Assembly: GCA_947589545.1 (NCBI GenBank)
Contig: CANQBA010000013.1
Coordinates: 3,873 to 67,872 of the forward strand
Length of the DNA: 64,000 nucleotides
Reading direction: 5' to 3'
Origin: an uncultured Oscillospiraceae bacterium
Lineage (GTDB): Bacteria > Bacillota > Clostridia > Oscillospirales > Oscillospiraceae
Positions 45,238-53,962 of the stretch are shown here, in pieces (position 1 is the stretch's first letter; the number at the start of each line of letters is the position of its first letter). The translations under genes and the position numbers were made by a program. The notes under the pieces are model-generated. The model saw nothing but the letters and a program-made list of their open reading frames with translations, had not been told where the DNA came from and did not search any database.

Positions 45238-45843
45238 ATGAACATCGTCTGTCTCGATCTGGAGGGCGTGCTTGTCCCCGAGATCTGGATCGCCTTTTCC
45301 CAGGTCTCCGGGATCCCGGAGCTGCGGCGCACCACCCGGGACGAACCGGATTACGCCAAGCTCATGGCCTTCCGCATCGCCACCCTCAAATCCCACGGCC
45401 TGGGCCTTCGTGAGATCCAGGACGTCATCGCCCAAATCGACCCCCTGCCCGGCGCGGTGGAATTTCTGGACGCCCTGCGGGAGGAGACTCAGGCGGTCAT
45501 CCTCTCTGACACCTTCACCCAGTTTGCCAAGCCCCTGATGCGCAAGCTCAAGTGGCCCGCCCTCTTCTGCAACGAGCTGACCGTGGCGCAAAGCGGCGAG
45601 ATCACAGGCTTTCGGATGCGCTGTGAAAACTCCAAGCTCACCACCGTCCGCGCCCTGCAGTCCTGCGGCTTCGAGACCGTGGCCGCCGGGGACAGCTACA
45701 ACGATCTGGCCATGATCCGCGCCTCCAAGGCCGGGTTCCTCTTCCGCAGTACGGACAAGATCCGCGCGGACAACCCGGATCTGCCCGCCTTCGAGACCTT
45801 CGACGAGCTGCTGGCCGGCATCCGCGCCGCCATCGGTGGCTGA
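45238..45843 (+). CDS. thrH: ThrH-like HAD phosphatase (phosphoserine phosphatase/homoserine phosphotransferase family)
   Basis: MNIVCLDLEGVLVPEIWIAFSQ...ILSDTFTQFAKPLMRKL..AAGDSYNDLAMI closely parallels Pseudomonas ThrH. Confidence 0.8.
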   Translation: MNIVCLDLEGVLVPEIWIAFSQVSGIPELRRTTRDEPDYAKLMAFRIATLKSHGLGLREIQDVIAQIDPLPGAVEFLDALREETQAVILSDTFTQFAKPLMRKLKWPALFCNELTVAQSGEITGFRMRCENSKLTTVRALQSCGFETVAAGDSYNDLAMIRASKAGFLFRSTDKIRADNPDLPAFETFDELLAGIRAAIGG

Positions 45844-45845
45844 CC

Positions 45846-46412
45846 ATGGGCTTTTGGGAGCTTTTTCTGACGGCGGCGGCCCTCTCCATGGACGCCTTTG
45901 CCGTCTCTGTCTGCAAGGGCCTGTCGGCCCGGACGCTTAAGGCCCGGGACGCGGCGAAAACCGGCCTCTTTTTCGGCGGCTTTCAGGCGCTGATGCCCCT
46001 TCTGGGCTGGCTTTTAGGCCGGCAGTTCGAGCGCTATATCGTGGAGATCGACCACTGGATCGCCTTTGTGCTGCTGGGCTTCATCGGCGGCAAGATGATC
46101 TGGGAGGCCCTGCGGGGCGGGGACGGGGACGATTCCGGCTCCTTCGCCTTTAAAGAGCTTCTGCTGCTGGCCATCGCCACCAGCATCGACGCCCTGGCCG
46201 TGGGCGTCACCTTCGCCTTCCTCAGCGTGGACATCTGGTCCTCCGTGGCCGTCATCGGCGTCACCACCTTCGCTTTCTCCTTCGGCGGCGTCTATCTGGG
46301 CAATAAGGTGGGGGGCCGCTTCCATGAGAAGGCGGAGCTGGCCGGCGGTGTCATCCTGATCCTCATCGGATTGAAGATCCTCCTGGAGCATCTGGGCGTC
46401 ATAAATTTTTAA
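45846..46412 (+). CDS. mntP: Manganese efflux pump MntP
   Basis: LTAAALSMDAFAVSVCKG and ATSIDALAVGVTFAFL (duplicated DUF204 halves). Starts 2 nt after the thrH stop. Confidence 0.9.
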   Translation: MGFWELFLTAAALSMDAFAVSVCKGLSARTLKARDAAKTGLFFGGFQALMPLLGWLLGRQFERYIVEIDHWIAFVLLGFIGGKMIWEALRGGDGDDSGSFAFKELLLLAIATSIDALAVGVTFAFLSVDIWSSVAVIGVTTFAFSFGGVYLGNKVGGRFHEKAELAGGVILILIGLKILLEHLGVINF

Positions 46413-46508
46413 TTTTGTAACAAACTTTTCCGAAAAGGGTATATACTTACATTTTAACAGCAAAGCCCGCTCCGCGCGGGCTTCACATTTGAAGGGAAGT
46501 ACGAAAGA

Positions 46509-48416
46509 ATGGCAAAAAAGCAGTTCAAGGCCGAATCCAAGCGGCTCCTCGACCTGATGATCAACTCCATCTACACCCACCGGGAGATTTTTCTCCGGGA
46601 GATCATCTCCAACGCCTCCGACGCCATCGACAAGCTGGCCTACAAGGCGCTGACCGACCAGAACGTGGGCCTTGACCGGGACGATTTCCGCATCCGCGTC
46701 GCCCTGGACAAGGATGCGCGGACGATCACCGTCTCCGATAACGGCATCGGCATGTCCCGGGAGGACATGGAGGAGAACCTGGGCGTCATCGCCCACTCCG
46801 GCTCCTTCAAGTTCAAGTCCGAGCTGGAGAGCGCCGAGGACGTGGACATCATCGGCCAGTTCGGCGTGGGCTTCTACTCCGCCTTCATGGTCAGCGACAA
46901 GGTGACCGTGATCTCCAAAGCCTATGGCGCGGAGCAGGCGTACCGGTGGGAGAGCTCCGGCGCCGACGGCTATACCGTGGCCGAGTGCGAAAAGGATACC
47001 GTGGGCACCGACGTGGTCATGCACTTGAAGCCCGACACCGAGGAGGAGCGCTACAGCGAGTTTTTGGAGACGTGGCGGATCCGGGAGCTCATTAAGAAAT
47101 ATTCCGACTACGTCCGCTTCCCCATCCGCATGGACGTGGAGCATACAGAATATGTGGAGACCGGCGAGGAGGATGCGGACGGTCACAAGAAGACCGAACC
47201 CGTGACCCACACCGAGGAGGAGACGGTCAACTCCATGGTGCCCATCTGGCAGAGGAGCAAGGCGGAGGCAACGGACGAGAAGTGCGTGGAGTTCTACAAG
47301 GACCGCTTCCACGACAGCGAGGATCCCGTAGCCGTCATCCGCGTCAACGCCGAGGGCCTCACCTCCTACCGCGCCCTGCTGTTCATCCCCGCCAAGGCCC
47401 CCTACGACTTTTACAGCCGCGACTATAAGCCGGGCCTGGCGCTTTACAGCTCCGGCGTTATGATCATGGAGTCCTGCGCCGACCTGCTGCCCGAGTGCTT
47501 CCGCTTCGTCCGGGGCGTGGTGGACTCCCCCGACCTGAGCCTCAACATCTCCCGCGAGATCCTCCAGCACGACCGCCAGCTGAAGATCATCGCCGGGAAC
47601 CTGGAGAACAAGATCAAGGCGGAGCTTCTGAAGCTGATGACCGACGCGCCCGACAAGTACGACACCTTCTGGGCCGCCTTCGGCCGCCAGATCAAGTACG
47701 GCCTTGTGGGCGACTACGGCATGAAGCGGGAGCTCTTGAAGGATCTTTTGAAATTCTACTCCTCCAACGAGGAGAAGCTGACAAGCCTCAAGGATTACGT
47801 CTCCCGGATGCCCGAGAGCCAGAAGTACATCTACTACGCCGCCGCCGACAGCCTGCGCACCGCCGCCGGCCTGCCCCAGAACGAGCAGGTGAAGGCGAAG
47901 GGCTACGAGCTTCTCTACCTCATCGAGGACATCGACGAGTTCGCCGTCCAGGTGCTGATGAACTACGACGGCAAGGAGCTCCGAAGCGTCGCCGCCGGGG
48001 ATCTGGGCTTGGAGAGCGAGGAGGAGAAGAAGGAGCAGGACGAGACGGCCGGCAAGTCCAGGGAGCTTCTGGAGTTCATGAAGGAGACGCTGAAGGACGA
48101 CGTGGTGGACGTGAAGCTGTCCAATTCCCTGGTCAGCTCCGCCGTGTGCATGTCCTACGAGGGGGAGATCACCCTGGAGATGGAGCGCTACTTCCGCCAG
48201 ATGCCCGGCGAGGCCGGGGAGAAGATCCGCGCCCGCCGCGTTCTGGAGCTGAACCCCGCCCATCCGGTCTTCGCCTCCCTCACCGCCGCCTTTGAGCAGG
48301 ACAAGGACAGAGCCGCCAAAATCGCCCTGGTGCTCTGCGCCCAGGCCAAGCTCCTGTCCGGCCTCCCCGTGGAGGATCTGTCCGCCTACTCCGACGCCGT
48401 CTGCGCGCTGATCTGA
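46509..48416 (+). CDS. htpG: Molecular chaperone HtpG (Hsp90)
   Basis: FKAESKRLLDLMINSIYTHREIFLREIISNASDAIDKL and GQFGVGFYSAFMV. Confidence 0.95.
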   Translation: MAKKQFKAESKRLLDLMINSIYTHREIFLREIISNASDAIDKLAYKALTDQNVGLDRDDFRIRVALDKDARTITVSDNGIGMSREDMEENLGVIAHSGSFKFKSELESAEDVDIIGQFGVGFYSAFMVSDKVTVISKAYGAEQAYRWESSGADGYTVAECEKDTVGTDVVMHLKPDTEEERYSEFLETWRIRELIKKYSDYVRFPIRMDVEHTEYVETGEEDADGHKKTEPVTHTEEETVNSMVPIWQRSKAEATDEKCVEFYKDRFHDSEDPVAVIRVNAEGLTSYRALLFIPAKAPYDFYSRDYKPGLALYSSGVMIMESCADLLPECFRFVRGVVDSPDLSLNISREILQHDRQLKIIAGNLENKIKAELLKLMTDAPDKYDTFWAAFGRQIKYGLVGDYGMKRELLKDLLKFYSSNEEKLTSLKDYVSRMPESQKYIYYAAADSLRTAAGLPQNEQVKAKGYELLYLIEDIDEFAVQVLMNYDGKELRSVAAGDLGLESEEEKKEQDETAGKSRELLEFMKETLKDDVVDVKLSNSLVSSAVCMSYEGEITLEMERYFRQMPGEAGEKIRARRVLELNPAHPVFASLTAAFEQDKDRAAKIALVLCAQAKLLSGLPVEDLSAYSDAVCALI

Positions 48417-48685
48417 AAGGTTCACCTTTGTAAACGATTTGAGGGCCGCCCACCGGGCGGCCCTCAGCCTGTCGACAAACACCGCCGCAAGCCGAGGGGC
48501 GGTGTACTGTTCTGTATATTCCAGAAAAAAGCCCCGCTAAGAGCGACGCAAGAGAGCGGTAGTACGCCCTCCACTTGTCGCTCCAGCGGTTTCTTGCCAG
48601 CTTCTTTAAATTCATGCATGCGTAGTGAGCGCGGCCTTGACTCGCTGGAGTGCATAATCTCAAGTGTACGGGATACATACATTGA

Positions 48686-48990
48686 CGCAGGAGGTATGCA
48701 TTTGCAAACTGTCAGTTGACATCGGTGACCATTCCTGACAGCGTCGCGGATATTAAAAGGCAAGTGTTTGACGGCTGTGCGCTCACCTCGGTGACCATTC
48801 CTGAGAGTGTCACATATATTGGAGCCGGGACATTTAACGGCTGTCCGTTGACCTCCGTAACCTTTCTGGGTGACGCGCCATACTTTAATACATCAGATTC
48901 TTATTCTTATTTCCAACCATTTCATCAAGAAATTCCGTATTGCATTATCGCCTTTTCTTACCGCCACGCGATAGGTGAAGCCGGGGAAGG
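48686..48990 (+). pseudogene. Fragment of a BspA-type leucine-rich-repeat surface protein
   Basis: Frame opens after a stop at 48683: ..YAFANCQLTSVTIPDSVADIKRQVFDGCALTSVTIPESVTYIGAGTFNGCPLTSVTFLGDAP. There is no start or N-terminal part, and the 3' end runs into the transposase remnant. Confidence 0.55.
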
Positions 48991-49520
48991 ACTTGGGGCG
49001 GAGATTTCGGGCGCCTGCGCGGTTTGGCCTGACCGGCTCTGTGTACTTCGCAATTTCCAGCAAAAGCTTCTCCCCATCCTTCTCCGGGGCGCGGAAATAG
49101 TCGCGGCACAGCGCCATCGCCATCTTCATGTTGACCGCGTACTCGTAAACATTCGCCGCCTTATTCTGAACGACAGCGCCCCTTACGATGCGGGAACAAA
49201 AGTTGAACATCGTCCCGCTTGGTTTGCGTTGTGGTAATTGTCATGGAAAGGTCACGGTCAAGCGGCATCATCGGGAGCTTTGCGACTTCCCGCATCGCTC
49301 CAGCGCCGTCTTTGACGCGCAGGAGAAAGTCCACGTTAGGTTTCAGCACAAGGTGGGCAATCATATTGTACCCCTCATAGCCCCGGTTCATGACTATCAG
49401 TGTCTTATCCGGGAAACGGTGGGCGTTAAGCATCCAAACCAGCGCGCCTATCTCGTCTGTTTTTGGCTGTGGTTGTAGGACACAATCATATTTAAGCCCA
49501 TTATACCGGCAAAAAAGCAT
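48893..49520 (-). mobile_element. Frameshifted, truncated DDE transposase remnant (IS4-like)
   Basis: Two overlapping minus ORFs in different frames: ...FPDKTLIVMNRGYEGYNMIAHLVLKPNVDFLLRVKD... and ...MFNFCSRIV...YEYAVNMKMAMALCRDYF. No intact ends identified. Low-GC context. Confidence 0.5.
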
Positions 49521-50082
49521 AAAAAGTTAACAAAAAATGAATATTTCAGATAGCGCTAAAAAGCGGCGAAAATCATTTTAGATACATTATCCGGACTTGT
49601 TGATATTCTCCCGTTGTTGGGTTGGGGAGCGGAAAAAGCACAGAAAAATATTTTGAAGAGACAATTCTGCTTTTGCAGGAGGCGTCCCATCGCGTGATTT
49701 TTGCGTCTACCATATTTTTCACATCGTTGCAAATACTTGTTGCAATGGAACCACACATCATTCCGTATTGGCTTTTTTCTAAAACCGCGTAACTTTTACA
49801 TCTTTCTCACAACATGTTGATACCCCGTAAATCATAGAGCGCACAGCAACAACGCCGTGCGCTCTATACGCTTCTTAACTTAACATCGCAGTCCTTTTCG
49901 GCAAAATACCGATTTGGGGTAGGGTTCTTAACTTAATGACATTAGCCCAATAGGGCGGGTTTTTTTTGGTGGAGAAGGAAACCATTGAATGGGAAGGGGA
50001 ACCGACGGTTTCGTTTGACCTGTTGATTTTACGCGGGGACGGGGGTATAATCAAAGAACATTTTTGTAGAAAAGGGGATTTT

Positions 50083-51498
50083 ATGACGCTTCTCAAAAGA
50101 TCCGCCTTCCCCTGGCGGGAATTTCTCAAATCCCTGGCGGCGGTGGGGCTTCCCGTGGCGGTGCAGAATCTGCTGACCACCACCGCGTCCATGGTGGACA
50201 CCATGATGGTGGCGCCCCTGGGGGAGAATTCCGTGGGGGCGCTGGGGCTTTGCGCCCAGTTCTCCTCCCTGATGTTCTCCTGCTACTGGGGCTTTGTGGG
50301 CGGCGGGATGCTTTTCTTCGCCCAGTACTGGGGCGCCCGGGAGGACGACGGCATCGACCGCAGCTACGGTATGACCTGGGTGTGCATGATGGCCGTGTCC
50401 CTGATCTTCTGCCTCCTGGCCCTGCTGGCCCCCGGCCTTGTGATGGGGCTCTATACGGACAAGACCGCCCTCCGGGCCATCGGCGCGCGATACCTTGCCG
50501 TTGTGGGCTTTGCCTACCCCCTGCAGGTCTGCTCCATGGCTATGAGCGCTCTGCTGCGGGCCACGGAGCGGGTGCGGATCCCCATGATCGCCTCGGTGGC
50601 GTCGGTGGCCGTCAATATTTTCTTAAACTGGGTGTTTATTTACGGCCGCCTGGGCGCGCCGGCTATGGGCATCCGGGGCGCGGCCCTGGCCACCACCGTG
50701 GCGGCGGCGGTGAATGTGGCGGCGATCTACGGGATGGCCAAGTGGAAGGGGTACCCGTATCTTTTCCACATCCGCGCCCATTTCCGCTGGACGCGGGGAC
50801 ATGCCCGAAGCTTTTTCATAAAGTGCTTTCCCATCATCCTGAACGAGCTGTTTCTGGGCATCGGCAACATGGTCATCAACGTGACCCTGGGCCGCCAGCC
50901 GGAGGCCGTCATCAACGGCCTGGCGGTGTTCCGCACCCTGGAGGGCCTGATCGTGGGCTTCTTCGCCGGCTTCTCCTCGGCATCGTCGGTGCTGGTGGGC
51001 AAATGCGTGGGGGCCGGGGAGCTGGAGACGGCCTATCAGCGGGCCAAGCGGCTTGTGTATCTGTGCGGCGGCATCCTCTTTGCCGTGGGGCTGGGGCTCC
51101 TGGGCCTGCGGCGGCCCATCCTCACCGCCATGGGCCTGTCCGGCGCGTCCTATGAGGCCGGGGTCAGGTTCCTGACCGTCTATGTCTTTGTGGCCCTGAT
51201 CCGCATGGGCAACTGGATCATGAACGACACCTACCGGGCCTCCGGCGACGCCGTCACCGGCACGGTGCTGGAGATCGTTTCCATGTACATCCTGGTGATC
51301 CCCGCCGTTTTGCTGACGGGCTTTGTGTTCCGCCTGCCCTATTGGGCGGTGTTCCTCTTTTGCTACTGCGACGAGCCGATCCGGTATGTGCTGATGCAGC
51401 TCCATCTGTACTCCGGGAAATGGATCCGGCCCGTCACCGTCCGGGGCGAGGCGGCTCTGCCGGCCTTCCGGGAGAAAAGAAGGAGGGGTCGCGCGTGA
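50083..51498 (+). CDS. MATE-family efflux transporter
   Basis: MTLLKRSAFPWREFLKSLAAVGLPVAVQNLLTTTASMVDTMMV and 12 TM segments. ORF 49966 trimmed to the ATG at 50083 after AAAGGGGA. Confidence 0.9.
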   Translation: MTLLKRSAFPWREFLKSLAAVGLPVAVQNLLTTTASMVDTMMVAPLGENSVGALGLCAQFSSLMFSCYWGFVGGGMLFFAQYWGAREDDGIDRSYGMTWVCMMAVSLIFCLLALLAPGLVMGLYTDKTALRAIGARYLAVVGFAYPLQVCSMAMSALLRATERVRIPMIASVASVAVNIFLNWVFIYGRLGAPAMGIRGAALATTVAAAVNVAAIYGMAKWKGYPYLFHIRAHFRWTRGHARSFFIKCFPIILNELFLGIGNMVINVTLGRQPEAVINGLAVFRTLEGLIVGFFAGFSSASSVLVGKCVGAGELETAYQRAKRLVYLCGGILFAVGLGLLGLRRPILTAMGLSGASYEAGVRFLTVYVFVALIRMGNWIMNDTYRASGDAVTGTVLEIVSMYILVIPAVLLTGFVFRLPYWAVFLFCYCDEPIRYVLMQLHLYSGKWIRPVTVRGEAALPAFREKRRRGRA

Positions 51499-51932
51499 CG
51501 GAGAAGAGAGCGGGAGGGCTGGCCCAGCCGGACGACGCCCAGCTGGCCGCCGCGCTGGCGGCCGGTATCCCCGCCGCGCCAAGCCCGGAGATCCCCCGGG
51601 AGACCCGGGCCGTCCTCCGGGAGCTGCGCGTGGCGGACTATTTGCCGGGCCGCCGGTGCGTGACGGAGGCCATGCGGGCCCTCGCCGCGTCCCCGGACGG
51701 TGACGGCCTCGACCCGAAGCGGGTCCTTCCCGCCGTGGCCCGGCGTCTGGGCCTGACGGAGGCCCAGGTGGAGGAGCGCCTGGAGGCGGTCGTGGCCTCC
51801 GCGGTGAAAAACTGCCCGCCCCGGGTCTTCCAAAGCCTTTTCCCCGAGGGGACGCCGGATCGGGGACTTTTCCTGGAGCGGGTGTTCGAACAGCTCTACC
51901 GCCGCCTGGGCCGGGAGCTGTGGGGACAGTAA
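51495..51932 (+). CDS. Small protein with a Spo0A C-terminal-like (helix-turn-helix) region
   Basis: GTG at 51495 overlaps the MATE stop (GTGA), 6 nt after AGGAGGGG. VLPAVARRLGLTEAQVEERLEAVVASAVKNCPPRVFQSLFP...RGLFLERVFEQL resembles Spo0A_C (..A..ttasrVERaIRhAIe.aW......lF......P.n.eFI...a..L). Confidence 0.4.
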   Translation: MTEKRAGGLAQPDDAQLAAALAAGIPAAPSPEIPRETRAVLRELRVADYLPGRRCVTEAMRALAASPDGDGLDPKRVLPAVARRLGLTEAQVEERLEAVVASAVKNCPPRVFQSLFPEGTPDRGLFLERVFEQLYRRLGRELWGQ

Positions 51933-51972
51933 AAATAGACAATATAATTCCTGGGAGGAACAACTTTATTTT

Positions 51973-52755
51973 CTATTTGCCCATTCTTTTCTCGATTTTC
52001 CGGCGCTGTTCCTCTGAAAAAGGAAGCTCTGACAACCATTCCTCAAACTCCCGGCAGATTTGCGGCATGGATTTTCCGAAAACAGCTATCGCCATTTGCG
52101 ATGTTCCATTGCCGCAATAGAACCGCATATAGTTTACTTTGCCGAAGGTTTGAAACATGTATTCTGTCCACGCGCCCGCGACGGGATATGTTATCCTGTC
52201 CTCCAGCCCATAAAACTCCTCCTCGGAGCTGTTTATGAGCTTAGGGATTTGAACAAATTCCCCTGTTTCTTTGTAATATCTGGCCCAAAGCTTGTTTTTG
52301 ATCCCCCACCAGCTTCCATCCATCATCATCGCAAGTCCCTCGCACAAAAAGGCGGAAGACGGCTCAAAAAGCTGTGCCGCCAGGACGTGGGTATCCTCAT
52401 GCGGCCCGATGCATTTGATTCTCTCCTCATAGACGGCATGGATCGAGTAAGGCTCTACCACAAAGCTGTCCTCTTTTTCTCCGCTTAACGAGACGACTTT
52501 GCCGATGTCGTCATCCTGCGCGTTCGTAATGGATACGCCGTTGCACAAAGCCCCGTCAAAGAAGGCGTTTCCAAGAAGCTGCGGCGAATTGTAGAACCAA
52601 TATCCAATTTTTTTAGAATACGCAATATTGATTAGCTCACATATCCTGTCAAAGCATCGCTCCTGACCCTCCGCGATTTGCGGAATGTCACGCTCCGCCA
52701 AACTGTCCTTTAGATAATGGAATACATAGTGATCGGTCTCATAGGTACGAATCAT
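51973..52755 (-). CDS. Putative zinc metallopeptidase, peptidase-MA-like (HExxH...EGLA)
   Basis: GPHEDTHVLAAQLFEPSSAFLCEGLAMMMDG. No signal peptide. Low-GC gene. The start is taken at the second ATG (MIRTYETDHY) with AGAGGG upstream. Confidence 0.5.
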   Translation of the reverse strand: MIRTYETDHYVFHYLKDSLAERDIPQIAEGQERCFDRICELINIAYSKKIGYWFYNSPQLLGNAFFDGALCNGVSITNAQDDDIGKVVSLSGEKEDSFVVEPYSIHAVYEERIKCIGPHEDTHVLAAQLFEPSSAFLCEGLAMMMDGSWWGIKNKLWARYYKETGEFVQIPKLINSSEEEFYGLEDRITYPVAGAWTEYMFQTFGKVNYMRFYCGNGTSQMAIAVFGKSMPQICREFEEWLSELPFSEEQRRKIEKRMGK

Positions 52756-52968
52756 AGCCGGCCCTCTTTTCAAAACGCTTGGTAATTCCATTATATTGGT
52801 CGTTTCTTATATAATCAAGTTAATATGTTATACTAACATAATTAATGGTATCAACAACAAATTCCAGTTTGTTGAGACGTTGCAAAACTCTTTAGAAACG
52901 AATGAACCGGGCCGGATCCAAATCGGAGCCGGCCCGGTTGACAAGAGGAGAAAAGAACAGGAACTGTC

Positions 52969-53541
52969 TTATTTCAAGTCTGTGCCGTTGAGGTATTTGG
53001 CCACGGGCTTGATCTGATAGAACAGCACAAAGACGACGGCGGCCAGGACGATGCAGGGGCCGGCCCAGGTGATGTTGTAGATGAAGGAGTAGAACCAGGG
53101 GTTGGTGAAGGTGATGCCCAGGAAGTCCCAGGGATCCGCCGCCGACAGGTTCCGCGCCCAGACGAACACGCCCACCAGGTAGCTGGAGGCGAACATCAGA
53201 AGGCCGCCCACCAGGGAGCCCCAGACGCCGCCCAGCTTGACCCTTTTGAAGAGGCCCGCGCCGAAGCCCAGAAGGGTGAAGGCCAGGAAGTAGTCGCAGA
53301 TGATGGTGGTCCAGTCGATGGACACGCCGTTGCCGCTTATGTAGTTGAGCGCGCCGAAGACAAAGCCGGCCAGAGCGCCCCAGCCGCAGCCGTAGCGCAC
53401 GGCGAAGAACACGATGGGGACAAGCTTCAGGGTGATGGAGCCGCCGTCGGGCAGATGATATAACGCCAGGTAGTCCAGCAGCACCGCCAGGGCCACCATG
53501 ACGGCGCCCTCCACCAGCATTTTCACGCGTTTGTTGTTCAT
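52969..53541 (-). CDS. thiT: Energy-coupling-factor thiamine transporter S component ThiT
   Basis: 190 aa, 6 TM. GGSITLKLVPIVFFAVRYG. Lies directly behind a TPP riboswitch. Confidence 0.85.
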   Translation of the reverse strand: MNNKRVKMLVEGAVMVALAVLLDYLALYHLPDGGSITLKLVPIVFFAVRYGCGWGALAGFVFGALNYISGNGVSIDWTTIICDYFLAFTLLGFGAGLFKRVKLGGVWGSLVGGLLMFASSYLVGVFVWARNLSAADPWDFLGITFTNPWFYSFIYNITWAGPCIVLAAVVFVLFYQIKPVAKYLNGTDLK

Positions 53542-53555
53542 TTTCTAACCCTCCC

Positions 53556-53740
<185 letters not shown>

Positions 53741-53800
53741 GCAAAAAAATGATGTCAAAAAATAAAGCTAAAAAATAATTAAAAAAATTATAAAAAGTAC

Positions 53801-53829
53801 TTGACAATGCAAAGGGCGTATGGTATAAT
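53801..53829 (+). promoter_or_regulatory. Perfect consensus sigma-70 promoter with an upstream A/T tract and no downstream ORF
   Basis: TTGACA(53801-06), exactly 17 nt, TGgTATAAT(53824-29). 53745-53800 is almost entirely A/T. Confidence 0.6.
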
Positions 53830-53835
53830 ATCTAT

Positions 53836-53962
53836 GGTGGCGGAAGGCGAACCCACGTCTCAGGGTGAAAAAACCCATCCGGGCTGCCGCCCGGATGGGA
53901 GAGGACGTCCGACGCCTGCGCCTGAGCCCGAATACTTGGAGGGCGAGGTTAAGCGGCGTCGG
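53836..53962 (+). ncRNA. Candidate small RNA / copy B of the two-hairpin module. Strand of function is unresolved.
   Basis: Begins at the predicted TSS. Hairpin 53874-99 (on the minus strand it is the U6 terminator of the converging operon). Hairpin 53909-62 encloses TGAGCCCGAATACTTGGAGGGCGAG (53923-47). Ends at the stop codon of the NTP-transferase gene. Confidence 0.35.

Noticed and set aside
46413-46508. CIRCE (HrcA) operator upstream of htpG.
   Set aside because: No TTAGCACTC-N9-GAGTGCTAA-like inverted repeat is present, only a short GC hairpin.
48441-48467. Hairpin after htpG as a canonical intrinsic terminator.
   Set aside because: It is a strong GC stem (GAGGGCCGCC..GGCGGCCCTC) with no following U-tract. 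It is better grouped with the GGGCCGCC hairpin family, and its terminator function is unproven.
53836-53962. Known riboswitch identity, suggested by the words CAGGGTGAAA and GGATGGGAGAG (FMN-like) and GGTGAAAAAACC (cobalamin-like).
   Set aside because: The intervening sequence is far too short and lacks the other conserved blocks of either aptamer. No gene lies downstream on that strand.
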